This document shows positions 37,495 to 46,640 of a stretch of 64,000 bases of DNA, piece by piece. The notes below the pieces were generated by a model. The model made no database searches. It was not told the origin of the DNA and was given only the letters and a program-made list of their open reading frames with translations. The stretch's first letter is position 1. Each line of letters starts with the position of its first letter. A program made the position numbers and the translations under genes. The stretch is from a bacterium (GTDB lineage Bacteria > Actinomycetota > Acidimicrobiia > Spongiisociales > Spongiisociaceae): the NCBI GenBank assembly GCA_028821235.1, contig JAPPGV010000128.1:53401-117400 (forward strand), read 5' to 3'.

Positions 37495-38700
37495 TCAACC
37501 ATCGGAATCCCCAGGTAACGGAGGCGAGAGCCGGGCCGGTGCCTGGCGCATGGACTCGAGCATGGAGGTGGCTGTCTGCTCGTTGATCAACCGGGGCACC
37601 GGCTGGGGACCCGGTCGGAACTCGCTACCGGAAGTGGCCAGGGCGGCAAGCGACCGGGCCTGCAGGGTGAGCCCGAGATCCATGGCCTCGATGGGGTTGC
37701 CAATTCCCCCGGCGGCCGCAAGATTGACGATGCGGCCCTGGGCCAGCAGGAACACGGTTCGACCGCCGGGCAACTCGTGAGCGTCCAGCGACGGGGCCAC
37801 CACCTGGCTAGGAGCCTCTCGCTCCAGGCGGAGCACGTCGATCTCGGCATCGGTGTGGCCGGCGTTGGCCAGAAGGGCACCATCGCGCATCGTCTCCATC
37901 AGTTCGTAGCTCACCACCCGCTCGCGCCCAGTAGCAGTGATGACCACGTCGGCGGTTCTGACCGCTTCGTCCGCACCGGCCACGTCGAAGCCGTCCATGG
38001 CAGCCTCCAGCGCCTTGACCGGGTCGGTCTCCACCGCGGTTACATCGGCGCCCCGGCGGCGGGCATAGAGGGCGATTCCCCGGCCACACCATCCGTAGCC
38101 GAACACCACCACCCGCTTCTTGTGCAGCGACATGTTCGTGGCCCGCACGATGGCGTCCACCACCGACTCACCCACCCCGTGCTTGTTCTCCACGATCGCC
38201 TTCAACGGGCTGTCGTTGATCACGATGACAGGGAACGTCACAGCCCCGGACAACCTCTCGCGCAGCCGGAAAGCCCCCGAAGTGGTCTCTTCGGTGGCCC
38301 CCTCCGGTAACCGGCCGGAGCGAATGCATGCCTCGATCAACTCGGTGCCGTTGTCCAACACCAGATCGGGGCCTGCTGCGGCAATCCGGCCGAGATGACC
38401 TCGGACCGCGTCCTCACCATCGCCAGGCCGGTCAAGCACCGTACAACCCCGATCGGCAAGAGCCTCGGCAGTGCCGAACTGGGTGGTGCCCTCGTTGCCC
38501 ATGGCCACCACCCTGGCACCGGCGGCCAGCAACCCCTCGACCAGCACCGCCGTCTTGGGCTCCAGATGAAGCCGGAACCCGATCGTCAGCCCGTCGAACA
38601 CCTGATCCTGCGCCAGCTCGGCCAGAGCCTTCCCCAGCACCGGCATCCGCCTCCTGGCCCAGGCGATCCGCCCTTCGGCGGCCGCCCGCTCACTCACCAC
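37495..38700 (-). CDS. ahcY: Adenosylhomocysteinase-like protein (short, archaeal-type architecture; divergent)
   Basis: LHL..KTAVL, EETTSG, INDS, GYGWCGRG, NAGH, GRIVNLA. Confidence 0.75.
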   Translation of the reverse strand: MVSERAAAEGRIAWARRRMPVLGKALAELAQDQVFDGLTIGFRLHLEPKTAVLVEGLLAAGARVVAMGNEGTTQFGTAEALADRGCTVLDRPGDGEDAVRGHLGRIAAAGPDLVLDNGTELIEACIRSGRLPEGATEETTSGAFRLRERLSGAVTFPVIVINDSPLKAIVENKHGVGESVVDAIVRATNMSLHKKRVVVFGYGWCGRGIALYARRRGADVTAVETDPVKALEAAMDGFDVAGADEAVRTADVVITATGRERVVSYELMETMRDGALLANAGHTDAEIDVLRLEREAPSQVVAPSLDAHELPGGRTVFLLAQGRIVNLAAAGGIGNPIEAMDLGLTLQARSLAALATSGSEFRPGPQPVPRLINEQTATSMLESMRQAPARLSPPLPGDSDG

Positions 38701-38722
38701 TCACACCACTCCTCCTAGTTCA

Positions 38723-39934
38723 TCAAGCAGCGTGGTGACGCGAGGCGCGGAGACGCATAGAGCGGACCGTGTCCGCGACCTTGGAGACCTCGGCGAGGAT
38801 CTCGTCGGGAGGGCCGGAGAGTTCCACGGCCACGACCTCCAACCGCTTGCCGACGTGCTTGATCGTGTGGCTGATCGGGTTCTCTTCGCCCTGGGCGTAG
38901 ATCAGGAGCCCGCTGGGAAGGTCGGCCGCGATCGTGTAGGCGAGCAACTGGTACAGGTCGGCGTTCGGGATGCCGTAGTCCGTCTTCTTGTACTTGATGT
39001 CACCGACGAATACGCAGCGGCTTCCCTCCCACCACGAGATGTCCGGCTTGAGCCGTATCCGGTCGCCGGCCAGCCACATCCGACGACCCGATGCGCCCTG
39101 CGGGAAGTCTCGCCCGGTAACTCGCAGGGCTTCGTGAAGAGCCGTGACCATGAAGTCCTCGAACACCTTGTTCATGTCCACCAGGAAGGACGAGGACCGC
39201 ACGCCGCCGCGGCTGAACTCGATGGAGGTTGAACGGAGTATCAGTTGCGCGAGCCGGATCGCCGGTTCGTAGTGGCGATTCAGGCGGTTGAACGAGAAGT
39301 CGGGGATCGCGCCTCTCTGGTATTCGATGTCTGTGACCTGCCCCAGGACCCGGTCGAATGCCCGCAACCTCGTCCGAGCATCCCGCGACCTGATCCGCAT
39401 CCGTCCGAGACGCACGATGGCGGCCTTGATGAGCCGGTTCATCTCGGTGTCCTCGGTGAAGTCGTCGTAGCTGACCTCGACCGGCGGAAAGATGCCGAAG
39501 CGATCCCGGATCTGGTCGTTGAAACGAATGCGGCCGCGCACGCCGTGCAACGCCTCCTCCTCGACCCGGTAGCCGCGGAGCAGGCCTCTGCGGAAGGCGC
39601 GGCGGACCTGCGCCACGAAGCCCGGAATCATCGCCTCGAACAGATCTGGTGCGTCACCGAACCGGAAGTCCTCCGGTCCAAACTTCTTGATGTCGAGTGC
39701 ATAGGAGATAAGGAAGAGCACGCGGTCGATGGGCAGCTTGGGACGTATCTCCAACGACAGCGTGCCTGTCTGGAGTACGCCCACCGTGGAGCCCGGAGTG
39801 AGGTCGTAGGCACCCTCCCTACCCAAGGAAGGTACGACGGTGACGGACGCACGATCAGCGAGCACGTCACGGTCCGAAGCGGATAGTTCGACAGCTTCCC
39901 GCTTCCTGTACTCCGAGAGGGTGAGTTCAAGCAT
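38723..39934 (-). CDS. mcrC: McrC-family restriction nuclease subunit
   Basis: DMNKVFEDF and PD-(D/E)xK motif KPDI...GDIKYK...DLYQLLAY. Confidence 0.9.
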   Translation of the reverse strand: MLELTLSEYRKREAVELSASDRDVLADRASVTVVPSLGREGAYDLTPGSTVGVLQTGTLSLEIRPKLPIDRVLFLISYALDIKKFGPEDFRFGDAPDLFEAMIPGFVAQVRRAFRRGLLRGYRVEEEALHGVRGRIRFNDQIRDRFGIFPPVEVSYDDFTEDTEMNRLIKAAIVRLGRMRIRSRDARTRLRAFDRVLGQVTDIEYQRGAIPDFSFNRLNRHYEPAIRLAQLILRSTSIEFSRGGVRSSSFLVDMNKVFEDFMVTALHEALRVTGRDFPQGASGRRMWLAGDRIRLKPDISWWEGSRCVFVGDIKYKKTDYGIPNADLYQLLAYTIAADLPSGLLIYAQGEENPISHTIKHVGKRLEVVAVELSGPPDEILAEVSKVADTVRSMRLRASRHHAA

Positions 39935-41615
39935 CTAGCGAATCCTGCTCCCCCACGTCTGCGGCATCTCCTCCGTCGGCGGTGGGGGTAGCTTCGCGCC
40001 GCAGCTTGTCCAAGTGGAAGTCCGGTAGCCGGTCCTCTTCGCCGAAGAACTGCTCAGCGATGTACGGAAGAACCGAGTGCTCCCAGATCAACTCGACCCA
40101 CTCTTTGTCGAGGTCCTCATCCATGAAGTGGCTCGGACCGATAGCGGTGTGACGCCGGCCCAGCTTCTGGTTAGCCAGATCCACCACCTCGGCCACCCAG
40201 GTCATCTCGGGCTTCTTCGCCTTCAGCCACCGCTCCACCAGACCTTCGATGGGTGGTTCATCAGGAAAGAACGGAGAGAAGTGGAAGCGCCTACGGAGAG
40301 CCGAGTCGACCAGCGCGATCGAACGGTCGGCAGTGTTCATCGTGCCGATGATCCGCAGGTTGTCCGGTAACGAGAACGGATCATTCGAATACTGCAAGCT
40401 GATCTTCTCATCCCGGTACTCCAACAGGAAGTAGAGCTCACCGAGCACCTTGCTCAGGTTCCCCCGGTTGATCTCGTCGATAATCAACACGAACGTCCGG
40501 TCCGGTGCATTCTTGGCCGCACGGGCGATCCGCTTGAGCGGGCCCTCTCGAAGTTCGAACCCGCCCATCCCGCCTTCGACCGGAGCGGGACGGTATCCCT
40601 CTACGAAGTCCTCGTATGCGTAGGAGGGGTGGAACTGCACCAAATCAACTCGCTCCTTGTCACCGGCGAGGTGGACAGCCAGCTTGCGGGCCACATACGT
40701 CTTTCCTGTCCCCGGGGGTCCGTAGAAGATGACCTGGCGGCGATGTTCCAGAAGAAGCACGATACGGTTCAGATACTCCACTCCTATGAACAGACTCTCT
40801 GCCAAGTCAGGCAGGGTCGTAGGCGCCCGGGGCTCGGGAGGCTCTGGAGGCGATTCTGACTGCTCTAGGATTCTCCAGATGTCGAATTCCGGTCCGTACT
40901 CCGGGGAGAGAGCGGCCCGTATCTGCACGAGTTGCCGGTCGACATCGTCGTTGGGTGCCGAGACATATTTGCTGAAGGATTTGGCGACTCTTCTTTTCGC
41001 CTGGTCCATCGAGATCGGCTCGAAGGTGTCGGGATGGACCAAGTGGAGAAGCGCGTTGCGCTGCATGTAGGCGGAATCCACCGGGACCCCCCACAGCATC
41101 TCCTTGAACTGCCAGGGGTCTCGGAGCAGGTTCTGACGCTGCCCGGAGTTCTGTGTCTTCCAACGTTCAGCGAACCGGATTAGAAACCGGATGGCCCGAA
41201 ACTGTTGGCGAGTGCTGAGGTACCAGTCGAAGCCATGCAGCGCCGCCTCCAGTTGATGGGGCAGTTGCACCGGTCGCGACGACCAGGTCAATACCTGCTC
41301 GATTCGACTTCTCTTGGTGGTGCTCCGCATCCCCCGCTCGCCGACTGCCAGAAAGTGGACATAAAGCATCTCGGCCATTAGTTCGACCACCGCGTCGTCA
41401 GCGCCCTCGAGTTGTCTTTGCAGCTTGGTCTGGAAGGAGTCGCTACCCTCATCCGCTCCCTCAACGAATCGACGACGGATCTCGTCGATCCGACGTCGTG
41501 ACCAGATCTCGGTCCCTGACGTGAACAGCGAACCGTCGCCCTCAAGAGCGGCCTCGACCCAAGCTTGCGCTGCGGCATACAACGGTTCGTACCGGCTACC
41601 TTTGAGTTTGGGCAT
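39927..41615 (-). CDS. mcrB: McrB-family AAA+ GTPase
   Basis: GPPGTGKT, VQFHPSYAYEDFVEG, IDEINR, MNTADRS (NxxD), LRRRF; overlaps mcrC by 8 bp. Confidence 0.9.
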   Translation of the reverse strand: MPKLKGSRYEPLYAAAQAWVEAALEGDGSLFTSGTEIWSRRRIDEIRRRFVEGADEGSDSFQTKLQRQLEGADDAVVELMAEMLYVHFLAVGERGMRSTTKRSRIEQVLTWSSRPVQLPHQLEAALHGFDWYLSTRQQFRAIRFLIRFAERWKTQNSGQRQNLLRDPWQFKEMLWGVPVDSAYMQRNALLHLVHPDTFEPISMDQAKRRVAKSFSKYVSAPNDDVDRQLVQIRAALSPEYGPEFDIWRILEQSESPPEPPEPRAPTTLPDLAESLFIGVEYLNRIVLLLEHRRQVIFYGPPGTGKTYVARKLAVHLAGDKERVDLVQFHPSYAYEDFVEGYRPAPVEGGMGGFELREGPLKRIARAAKNAPDRTFVLIIDEINRGNLSKVLGELYFLLEYRDEKISLQYSNDPFSLPDNLRIIGTMNTADRSIALVDSALRRRFHFSPFFPDEPPIEGLVERWLKAKKPEMTWVAEVVDLANQKLGRRHTAIGPSHFMDEDLDKEWVELIWEHSVLPYIAEQFFGEEDRLPDFHLDKLRREATPTADGGDAADVGEQDSLDA

Positions 41616-41728
41616 CCGCTCTCCCTTTATTGAACCCAGGTCAGTCGTCGACGGGCTCGGTGGAACACCGTCTGCATCGATTGTACGGAGCGCCTGTGAC
41701 AGTGACTTCTATGTCGAGCGGCGGGTAC

Positions 41729-43012
41729 TCAGGGGCCTAGGCATGCCAAAGGCACGACCGCCACCCCGTCAGGACGTTGATAGCAGTACCGGCCGCCGGT
41801 GACGACCATCAACCGGGCTAGCGTCGCCGCTCGTTCCTTAGATACGCGGTCTCTTAGCTTCAGCAACGCCGCGGACGCGCTATCGATGGAGGAGATACCC
41901 CCGAGCTTGACCTCGACGGCGATCCACCGGCCGTCTCCGGTCTCGATGATGGCGTCGGCCTCCAATCCGTAGGTGTCCCGGTAGTGGTAGACGTCGGCAT
42001 CGTGAGCCTGGGCGTAGATGCGTAGGTCACGGACGACCATGGACTCGAAGAGGAAACCGAAGGCGCCCAGGTCACTTAAGTACCGTTCCGGGCCGACTCC
42101 GAGCGCCGCCGCCGCCAGGGACGGATCGACGAAGTGGCGTTTCGGGGAGCGGATCAGGATCGTCCTAGACCTGAGATGCGTGTTCCAGGCCGGTAGGTCC
42201 TCGACGACGAACAAGCGGCTCAACGCATCCAGATAGGTCTTGACGGTGGTGCGGTCCACCGGAGTGTCGCCGCCTGTCTCCGAAGCCAGCTTCCGGCACC
42301 CCGCGGTAGTGGCCACGTTCCGAGCGAGTGACCGCAACAGGCGCATGACTCGCGTGGGACTGCGGCGGATTCCGTCCACCGCGGAGATGTCGACGCGGCA
42401 GATATCACCCAGGTAATCGCGAGTGAAGCGGCGGGCTTCGGTGATCGGCGCGCCGACCAGTCGAGGCCAGCCACCCCTGCATGCGACCTCCACGAGGGTG
42501 GTGACGCTGACGGGCGACTCCGCGGCGGGAGGTGTCCGACCCTCCAGCAACCCACCCAGGGACACGACCGGTTCGGATAGTCCGCTTTCGGTGAGCGACA
42601 TAGGGCGCATGCGGACACGACTCACCCGTCCGGCGCCCGAGTGGCGGGTGAGTTCGTCAGCCGGAACTGCGGACCCGGTGAGAATGAATTGGCCAGGCCG
42701 ACCGCGCCGGTCACACGAAGCGCGCATCAGGTGCCACAGCTCCGGGACACGCTGCCACTCGTCGAGCAGGCGGGGCGTTGCGCCATCGAGCAGGAGGTCC
42801 GGCACCTGGGAAGCGATGTCCCAGAGATCGGGGCGTTCCTCCAGCATGATCTCGCTCCGGGCGAAGCGCTGACCGGTCCAAGTCTTGCCGCACCCCTTCG
42901 GACCTTCGATCAGCACTGCCCCCGCGGAGCCCAACGCCACCGGAACCTCGGCGTCTACGATTCGATCCAGATACACCCGCTCTGGAGTGGCGTAGCCTGG
43001 ATCTGCGAGCAC
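41729..43012 (-). CDS. AAA_14 ATPase + DUF4143 protein
   Basis: GPKGCGKT, LDEWQ, ILTGS, C-terminal EAD..IAVEVK. Confidence 0.85.
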   Translation of the reverse strand: MLADPGYATPERVYLDRIVDAEVPVALGSAGAVLIEGPKGCGKTWTGQRFARSEIMLEERPDLWDIASQVPDLLLDGATPRLLDEWQRVPELWHLMRASCDRRGRPGQFILTGSAVPADELTRHSGAGRVSRVRMRPMSLTESGLSEPVVSLGGLLEGRTPPAAESPVSVTTLVEVACRGGWPRLVGAPITEARRFTRDYLGDICRVDISAVDGIRRSPTRVMRLLRSLARNVATTAGCRKLASETGGDTPVDRTTVKTYLDALSRLFVVEDLPAWNTHLRSRTILIRSPKRHFVDPSLAAAALGVGPERYLSDLGAFGFLFESMVVRDLRIYAQAHDADVYHYRDTYGLEADAIIETGDGRWIAVEVKLGGISSIDSASAALLKLRDRVSKERAATLARLMVVTGGRYCYQRPDGVAVVPLACLGP

Positions 43013-43140
43013 TCGTCACCTCACACGAGGGTTCTCCCCGTATCCTACATTAATCAGTGGTTCTATCCCACAATTATTCGGATATCTATGCCACACACGT
43101 AAGGGACTTCAATCCACACAAGTCTGCCCGACTGTGCAGC

Positions 43141-43515
43141 CTAGGGGACGACGGCTACCAGGTCGATCTCGACCATGATGCCGAGCAGGTCGCTGCCGAC
43201 GGTGGTGCGGACCGGCTTGGGGTCTCCGAACCGTCGCTCGTAGACGCGGTTGAAGGCCGCGAAGTCGCCGAGATCCTGCAGGTGCACCGTTGCCTTGACG
43301 GCGTGGTCGAGGCTGGTGCCGGCCGCTTCGAGAACCGCGCTCAGGTTGTCGATGGTTAGTTCGGTCTGCTCTTCGATGGTGTCGCCGACCACCTTGCCGG
43401 TCTCCGGGTCGAGAGGGCCCATCCCTGCCGTGAATACGAGGTTGCCAACCCGCATACCCTGCGAGTAGGGGCCGGCCGGCGCCGCCGCGCCATCGCTGCG
43501 GATTTCTTGTTTCAT
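43141..43515 (-). CDS. ridA: RidA/YjgF/YER057c/UK114 family enamine-imine deaminase
   Basis: GPYSQG, FAAFNRVY, PVRTTV, VEIDLVA. Confidence 0.88.
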   Translation of the reverse strand: MKQEIRSDGAAAPAGPYSQGMRVGNLVFTAGMGPLDPETGKVVGDTIEEQTELTIDNLSAVLEAAGTSLDHAVKATVHLQDLGDFAAFNRVYERRFGDPKPVRTTVGSDLLGIMVEIDLVAVVP

Positions 43516-43559
43516 TTCAGTTCCGTCACTCCAGGAGGCTGTTACCTATATCCGCCGGC

Positions 43560-43780
43560 CCTGCACAGGTACTTACCCCCGTATGAAGGCACCAGCTTCA
43601 GTCGGCGTCGAGCCTAATCCCTACGTCGGCGAGACAGTGAGGTCAGTACCGCTCGCTCTCACGCATCTACCAGGGCCTCCTCCCTGAGAGGTTTCGGCTG
43701 TGCCGAGTTGGAAGCTCTACGGATGCACCTTCGCCCGCCGGAAGGCCAACCTGCTGGGGTGCAGCACGCCTCTTCCCTTT
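43560..43780 (-). ncRNA. Possible structured leader with glycine-riboswitch-like motifs upstream of ridA
   Basis: Minus strand reads GCGAAGGTGCA (43734-43724), AAACCTCTCAGG (ending 43683), then GAGAG-CGAG..CTCG-CCGACG (43660-43624). Partial match only. Confidence 0.25.
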
Positions 43781-43807
43781 ATCTCACAATCACGATATGA
43801 TGTCCCT

Positions 43808-44167
43808 ATGACAACTAAGATACGGTATTACAACGTCACCGGACGGGAATACCTCACCAAAGTACACACCTACCTGGCCGAAGACGACCTGTTACAGGCT
43901 TCGGAGAAGGGCTGGGGTGCTGCTGCCCAGATGGTCAAAAGCGTCGCCGAGGCCGGGGGTTGGCCCCACAATGGCCATCACGAGCTCTGGCGCGCTGTCA
44001 ACCTAATTGTCGACCAGACCGGGGATCGCGACATACGAACCGCCTTCGCAGCGGCCGCAGCCCTGCACACCAACTTCTACGAAGGCTGGCTGCCGCGCGA
44101 GACCGTCGAGCACTACCTCGCCCAGGTCGACGAACTGGTGTCGAAGTTGGAGGGCCTTTCGTCCTAG
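43808..44167 (+). CDS. PaREP1-family (HEPN-like) protein
   Basis: QASEKGWGAA and LHTNFYE motifs; start ATG 43808. Confidence 0.8.
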   Translation: MTTKIRYYNVTGREYLTKVHTYLAEDDLLQASEKGWGAAAQMVKSVAEAGGWPHNGHHELWRAVNLIVDQTGDRDIRTAFAAAAALHTNFYEGWLPRETVEHYLAQVDELVSKLEGLSS

Positions 44168-44243
44168 CGGCGGCGCCCGTTCACTCCAGGATCCCGCTCG
44201 TGACACTGCCAACCCGTGTGACCGGAATCGGAACGCAGCACGG

Positions 44244-45770
44244 TCAAGCGACCGGGCCTACCACGGCCTCGACCGCATCCACCAGGGCCTCCCGCTTGAG
44301 AAGTTCCTCAGCTGCGGCGAGTTCCGGTGACAGGATGCGATCCGGGCCTGGTCCTGGCACGCAGCTTCGCAACAGCCTGACGGCCGCGGCGGTGCCGGCC
44401 GCCGGCTCCAGGGGTGCGCGGAGTTCCACGGCCCTTGCGGCGGTGACCCACTCGATTGCCAGGATACGGCGTACGTTCTCGATCACCAGGCGGAGCTTGC
44501 GGGCCGCGGACCAGCCCATCGAGACGTGATCCTCCTGCATGGCGGAGGTGGGGTAGGAGTCGACCGAGGCGGGGGCGGCCAGGCGCCGGTTCTCGGCGCA
44601 CATGGCGGCCGCGGTGTACTGGCCGATCATGAGACCGCTGTCGACGCCGGGATCGTCCGCGAGGAAGGGTGCCAGGCCATGCGAGCGGTTGTGATCGAGC
44701 AGGCGGTCCAGGCGCCGCTCGGCGATCGCCCCCACCTCGGCCAGGGCGATCGCCAGGTAGTCGGCGGCCAGAGCGACCGGGGCCCCGTGGAAGTTGCCGC
44801 ACGACTCGACCCGTCCGTCCGGCAGGACCATCGGATTGTCGATGGCAGACTCGAGTTCCCTCCAGGCGACCTCCGTCACGAAACCGAGCGTGTCACGAGC
44901 CGCGCCGTGAACCTGCGGCGTGCAGCGCACCGAGTACGCGTCCTGAACCCGGAGGTCGCCACTGCGGTGACTGGCGACGATCGGGGATCCGGCCAGGATG
45001 TTGCGCAGGTTGGCAGCGCTCGTCGCCTGTCCCGGATGTGGCCTCAGTGCCTGAAGGTCGGCTGCGAATGCCCGGTCGGTGGCCAGGAGACCCTCGACGG
45101 TGAGCGCCGCCACGATGTCGGCGTCGGCGAGCAGGAACTCGGCATCGTATATCGCAAGGCAGAGCATTCCCAGGATGCCGTCGGTGCCGTTGGTGAGCGC
45201 CAAGCCCTCTTTCTCGGCCAGCACCACCGGCGCGATCCCCTCTCGCGCCAGGACATCGGCGGCGCGGGTGGATCCGCCGCCGGTAACCACCTCACCCTCA
45301 CCCATGAGGACCAAGCCGACGTGGGCCAGCGGGGCCAGGTCCCCGCTCGCCCCGAGGGAGCCATACTCCGGCACCCTGGGGACGATCCCGGCATTCAGCA
45401 GGCGGACGAGACCCTCGGCGACTACCGGCCGTGCGCCCGAGTACCCGAGCGCCAAGGTACGAGCCCGCAGGAACATCATGGCCCTGACCACTTCGGTTTC
45501 CACAGGAGGCCCCATCCCCGCTGCGTGGGAACGGATCAGCGAACGCTGCAGGTCGGCCCTTCGTTCAGCGGGAATCGTGGTGGTCGCCAGAGCACCGAAC
45601 CCGGTCGTGACTCCGTATGCCGGGTCACCCTCCGCCAGGTGTTCGACGATGGAGCGAGCGCTGCTCATGCGCTTCAACGCTGCATTCGTAAGGCGTACTT
45701 CCACCCCTCGGCGGGCAACATCGACCACATCCGAAAGGGTCACTCCAGGGCCATCAAGACTCAACGTCAT
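44244..45770 (-). CDS. hutH: Histidine ammonia-lyase
   Basis: YGVTTGFG, RSHAAG, MIO-forming GASGD, QDAYSVRC, QEDHVSMG. Confidence 0.95.
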   Translation of the reverse strand: MTLSLDGPGVTLSDVVDVARRGVEVRLTNAALKRMSSARSIVEHLAEGDPAYGVTTGFGALATTTIPAERRADLQRSLIRSHAAGMGPPVETEVVRAMMFLRARTLALGYSGARPVVAEGLVRLLNAGIVPRVPEYGSLGASGDLAPLAHVGLVLMGEGEVVTGGGSTRAADVLAREGIAPVVLAEKEGLALTNGTDGILGMLCLAIYDAEFLLADADIVAALTVEGLLATDRAFAADLQALRPHPGQATSAANLRNILAGSPIVASHRSGDLRVQDAYSVRCTPQVHGAARDTLGFVTEVAWRELESAIDNPMVLPDGRVESCGNFHGAPVALAADYLAIALAEVGAIAERRLDRLLDHNRSHGLAPFLADDPGVDSGLMIGQYTAAAMCAENRRLAAPASVDSYPTSAMQEDHVSMGWSAARKLRLVIENVRRILAIEWVTAARAVELRAPLEPAAGTAAAVRLLRSCVPGPGPDRILSPELAAAEELLKREALVDAVEAVVGPVA

Positions 45771-45780
45771 CCAAACACCC

Positions 45781-46488
45781 TTACCGTGGCAGGAGGGCGA
45801 GCGAGGTCTCCACAGCGGCTTCTACTACGGCCTCGGTGATGAGATCGAGGCGATCTCCGACCATCCGCTCGGCGGGGCCCAGCACCGAGAAGGCGCCTGC
45901 GATCCCCATCGACCACTGGATGGGTGCGACCACCGCGGTCACGTCCGGTTCGATAGCGCCGGTATTGAAGAAGGGCGCAGGGCGCTTGCCGAACCGGATG
46001 TCCTTGCTCGTCAGAGCCTCCCCCACCGCCGTACCTTCGATGGGCACCGACTTGCCCACCCATCCGACATGGCGGATGGCTCGCCGGCTCTCGACCGTAG
46101 CGATGTAGACGGCCTCGGTCCCGTCCCTGACCGCCAGGTAGGCGGACTCTTCGGTCACCTCCGCCAAGTGCTGAAGGGCCGGCTGGGCCGCCGCGGTCAG
46201 TCGGGCGTACGGACCCGACTGGAAGGCGGCGAGCGCTATCCGCACGAAACTCGGCCCGACCGAATACCTACCCAGGTCATTTCGCACCAGATAACCATGG
46301 CCGGTCAGGACCCGAAGGTGGCGAAGGGCGGTGCTGATCGGTATGCCGGTCTCCGCGGCAGCGTCGGTCAAGGCGACCGATCCCCCGGTCACCACCGTGT
46401 CGAGCAGGCGAAGGACCCTCCCCGCGGACCGCGATGCATGCAGCGTCGACCCGCCTCGGCTTGTGGATTCTGTTCGTGTGACGGTCAC
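45781..46488 (-). CDS. IclR-family transcriptional regulator (probable Hut regulator)
   Basis: N-terminal HTH (SAGRVLRLLD...PISTALRHL) and IclR C-terminal domain (GTAVGEAL); sits between hutH and hutU. Confidence 0.88.
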   Translation of the reverse strand: MTVTRTESTSRGGSTLHASRSAGRVLRLLDTVVTGGSVALTDAAAETGIPISTALRHLRVLTGHGYLVRNDLGRYSVGPSFVRIALAAFQSGPYARLTAAAQPALQHLAEVTEESAYLAVRDGTEAVYIATVESRRAIRHVGWVGKSVPIEGTAVGEALTSKDIRFGKRPAPFFNTGAIEPDVTAVVAPIQWSMGIAGAFSVLGPAERMVGDRLDLITEAVVEAAVETSLALLPR

Positions 46489-46526
46489 TCTTGCTCAACC
46501 ATTCCTCTGACCGTGTGGTCAGCTTG

Positions 46527-46586
46527 ATTTCAGTATCTGAAATAGACTTCTAGTTATTGACAGAATAGACCCGGGCTCTCTAATAT
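46527..46586 (+). promoter_or_regulatory. Palindromic operator plus hutU promoter
   Basis: ATTTCAG-TAT-CTGAAAT perfect inverted repeat at 46527-46543; TTGACA (46557-46562)-N18-TAATAT (46581-46586). Confidence 0.6.
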
Positions 46587-46640
46587 TCAAGAAGTACTTT
46601 CACCTTTCGAGAACCCATCCGTGCAGATCCGAGGCCTGCA

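Noticed and set aside
44244-45770. HutH as an ergothionase/trimethylammonia lyase
   Set aside because: It retains the ASG MIO motif and canonical HAL motifs.
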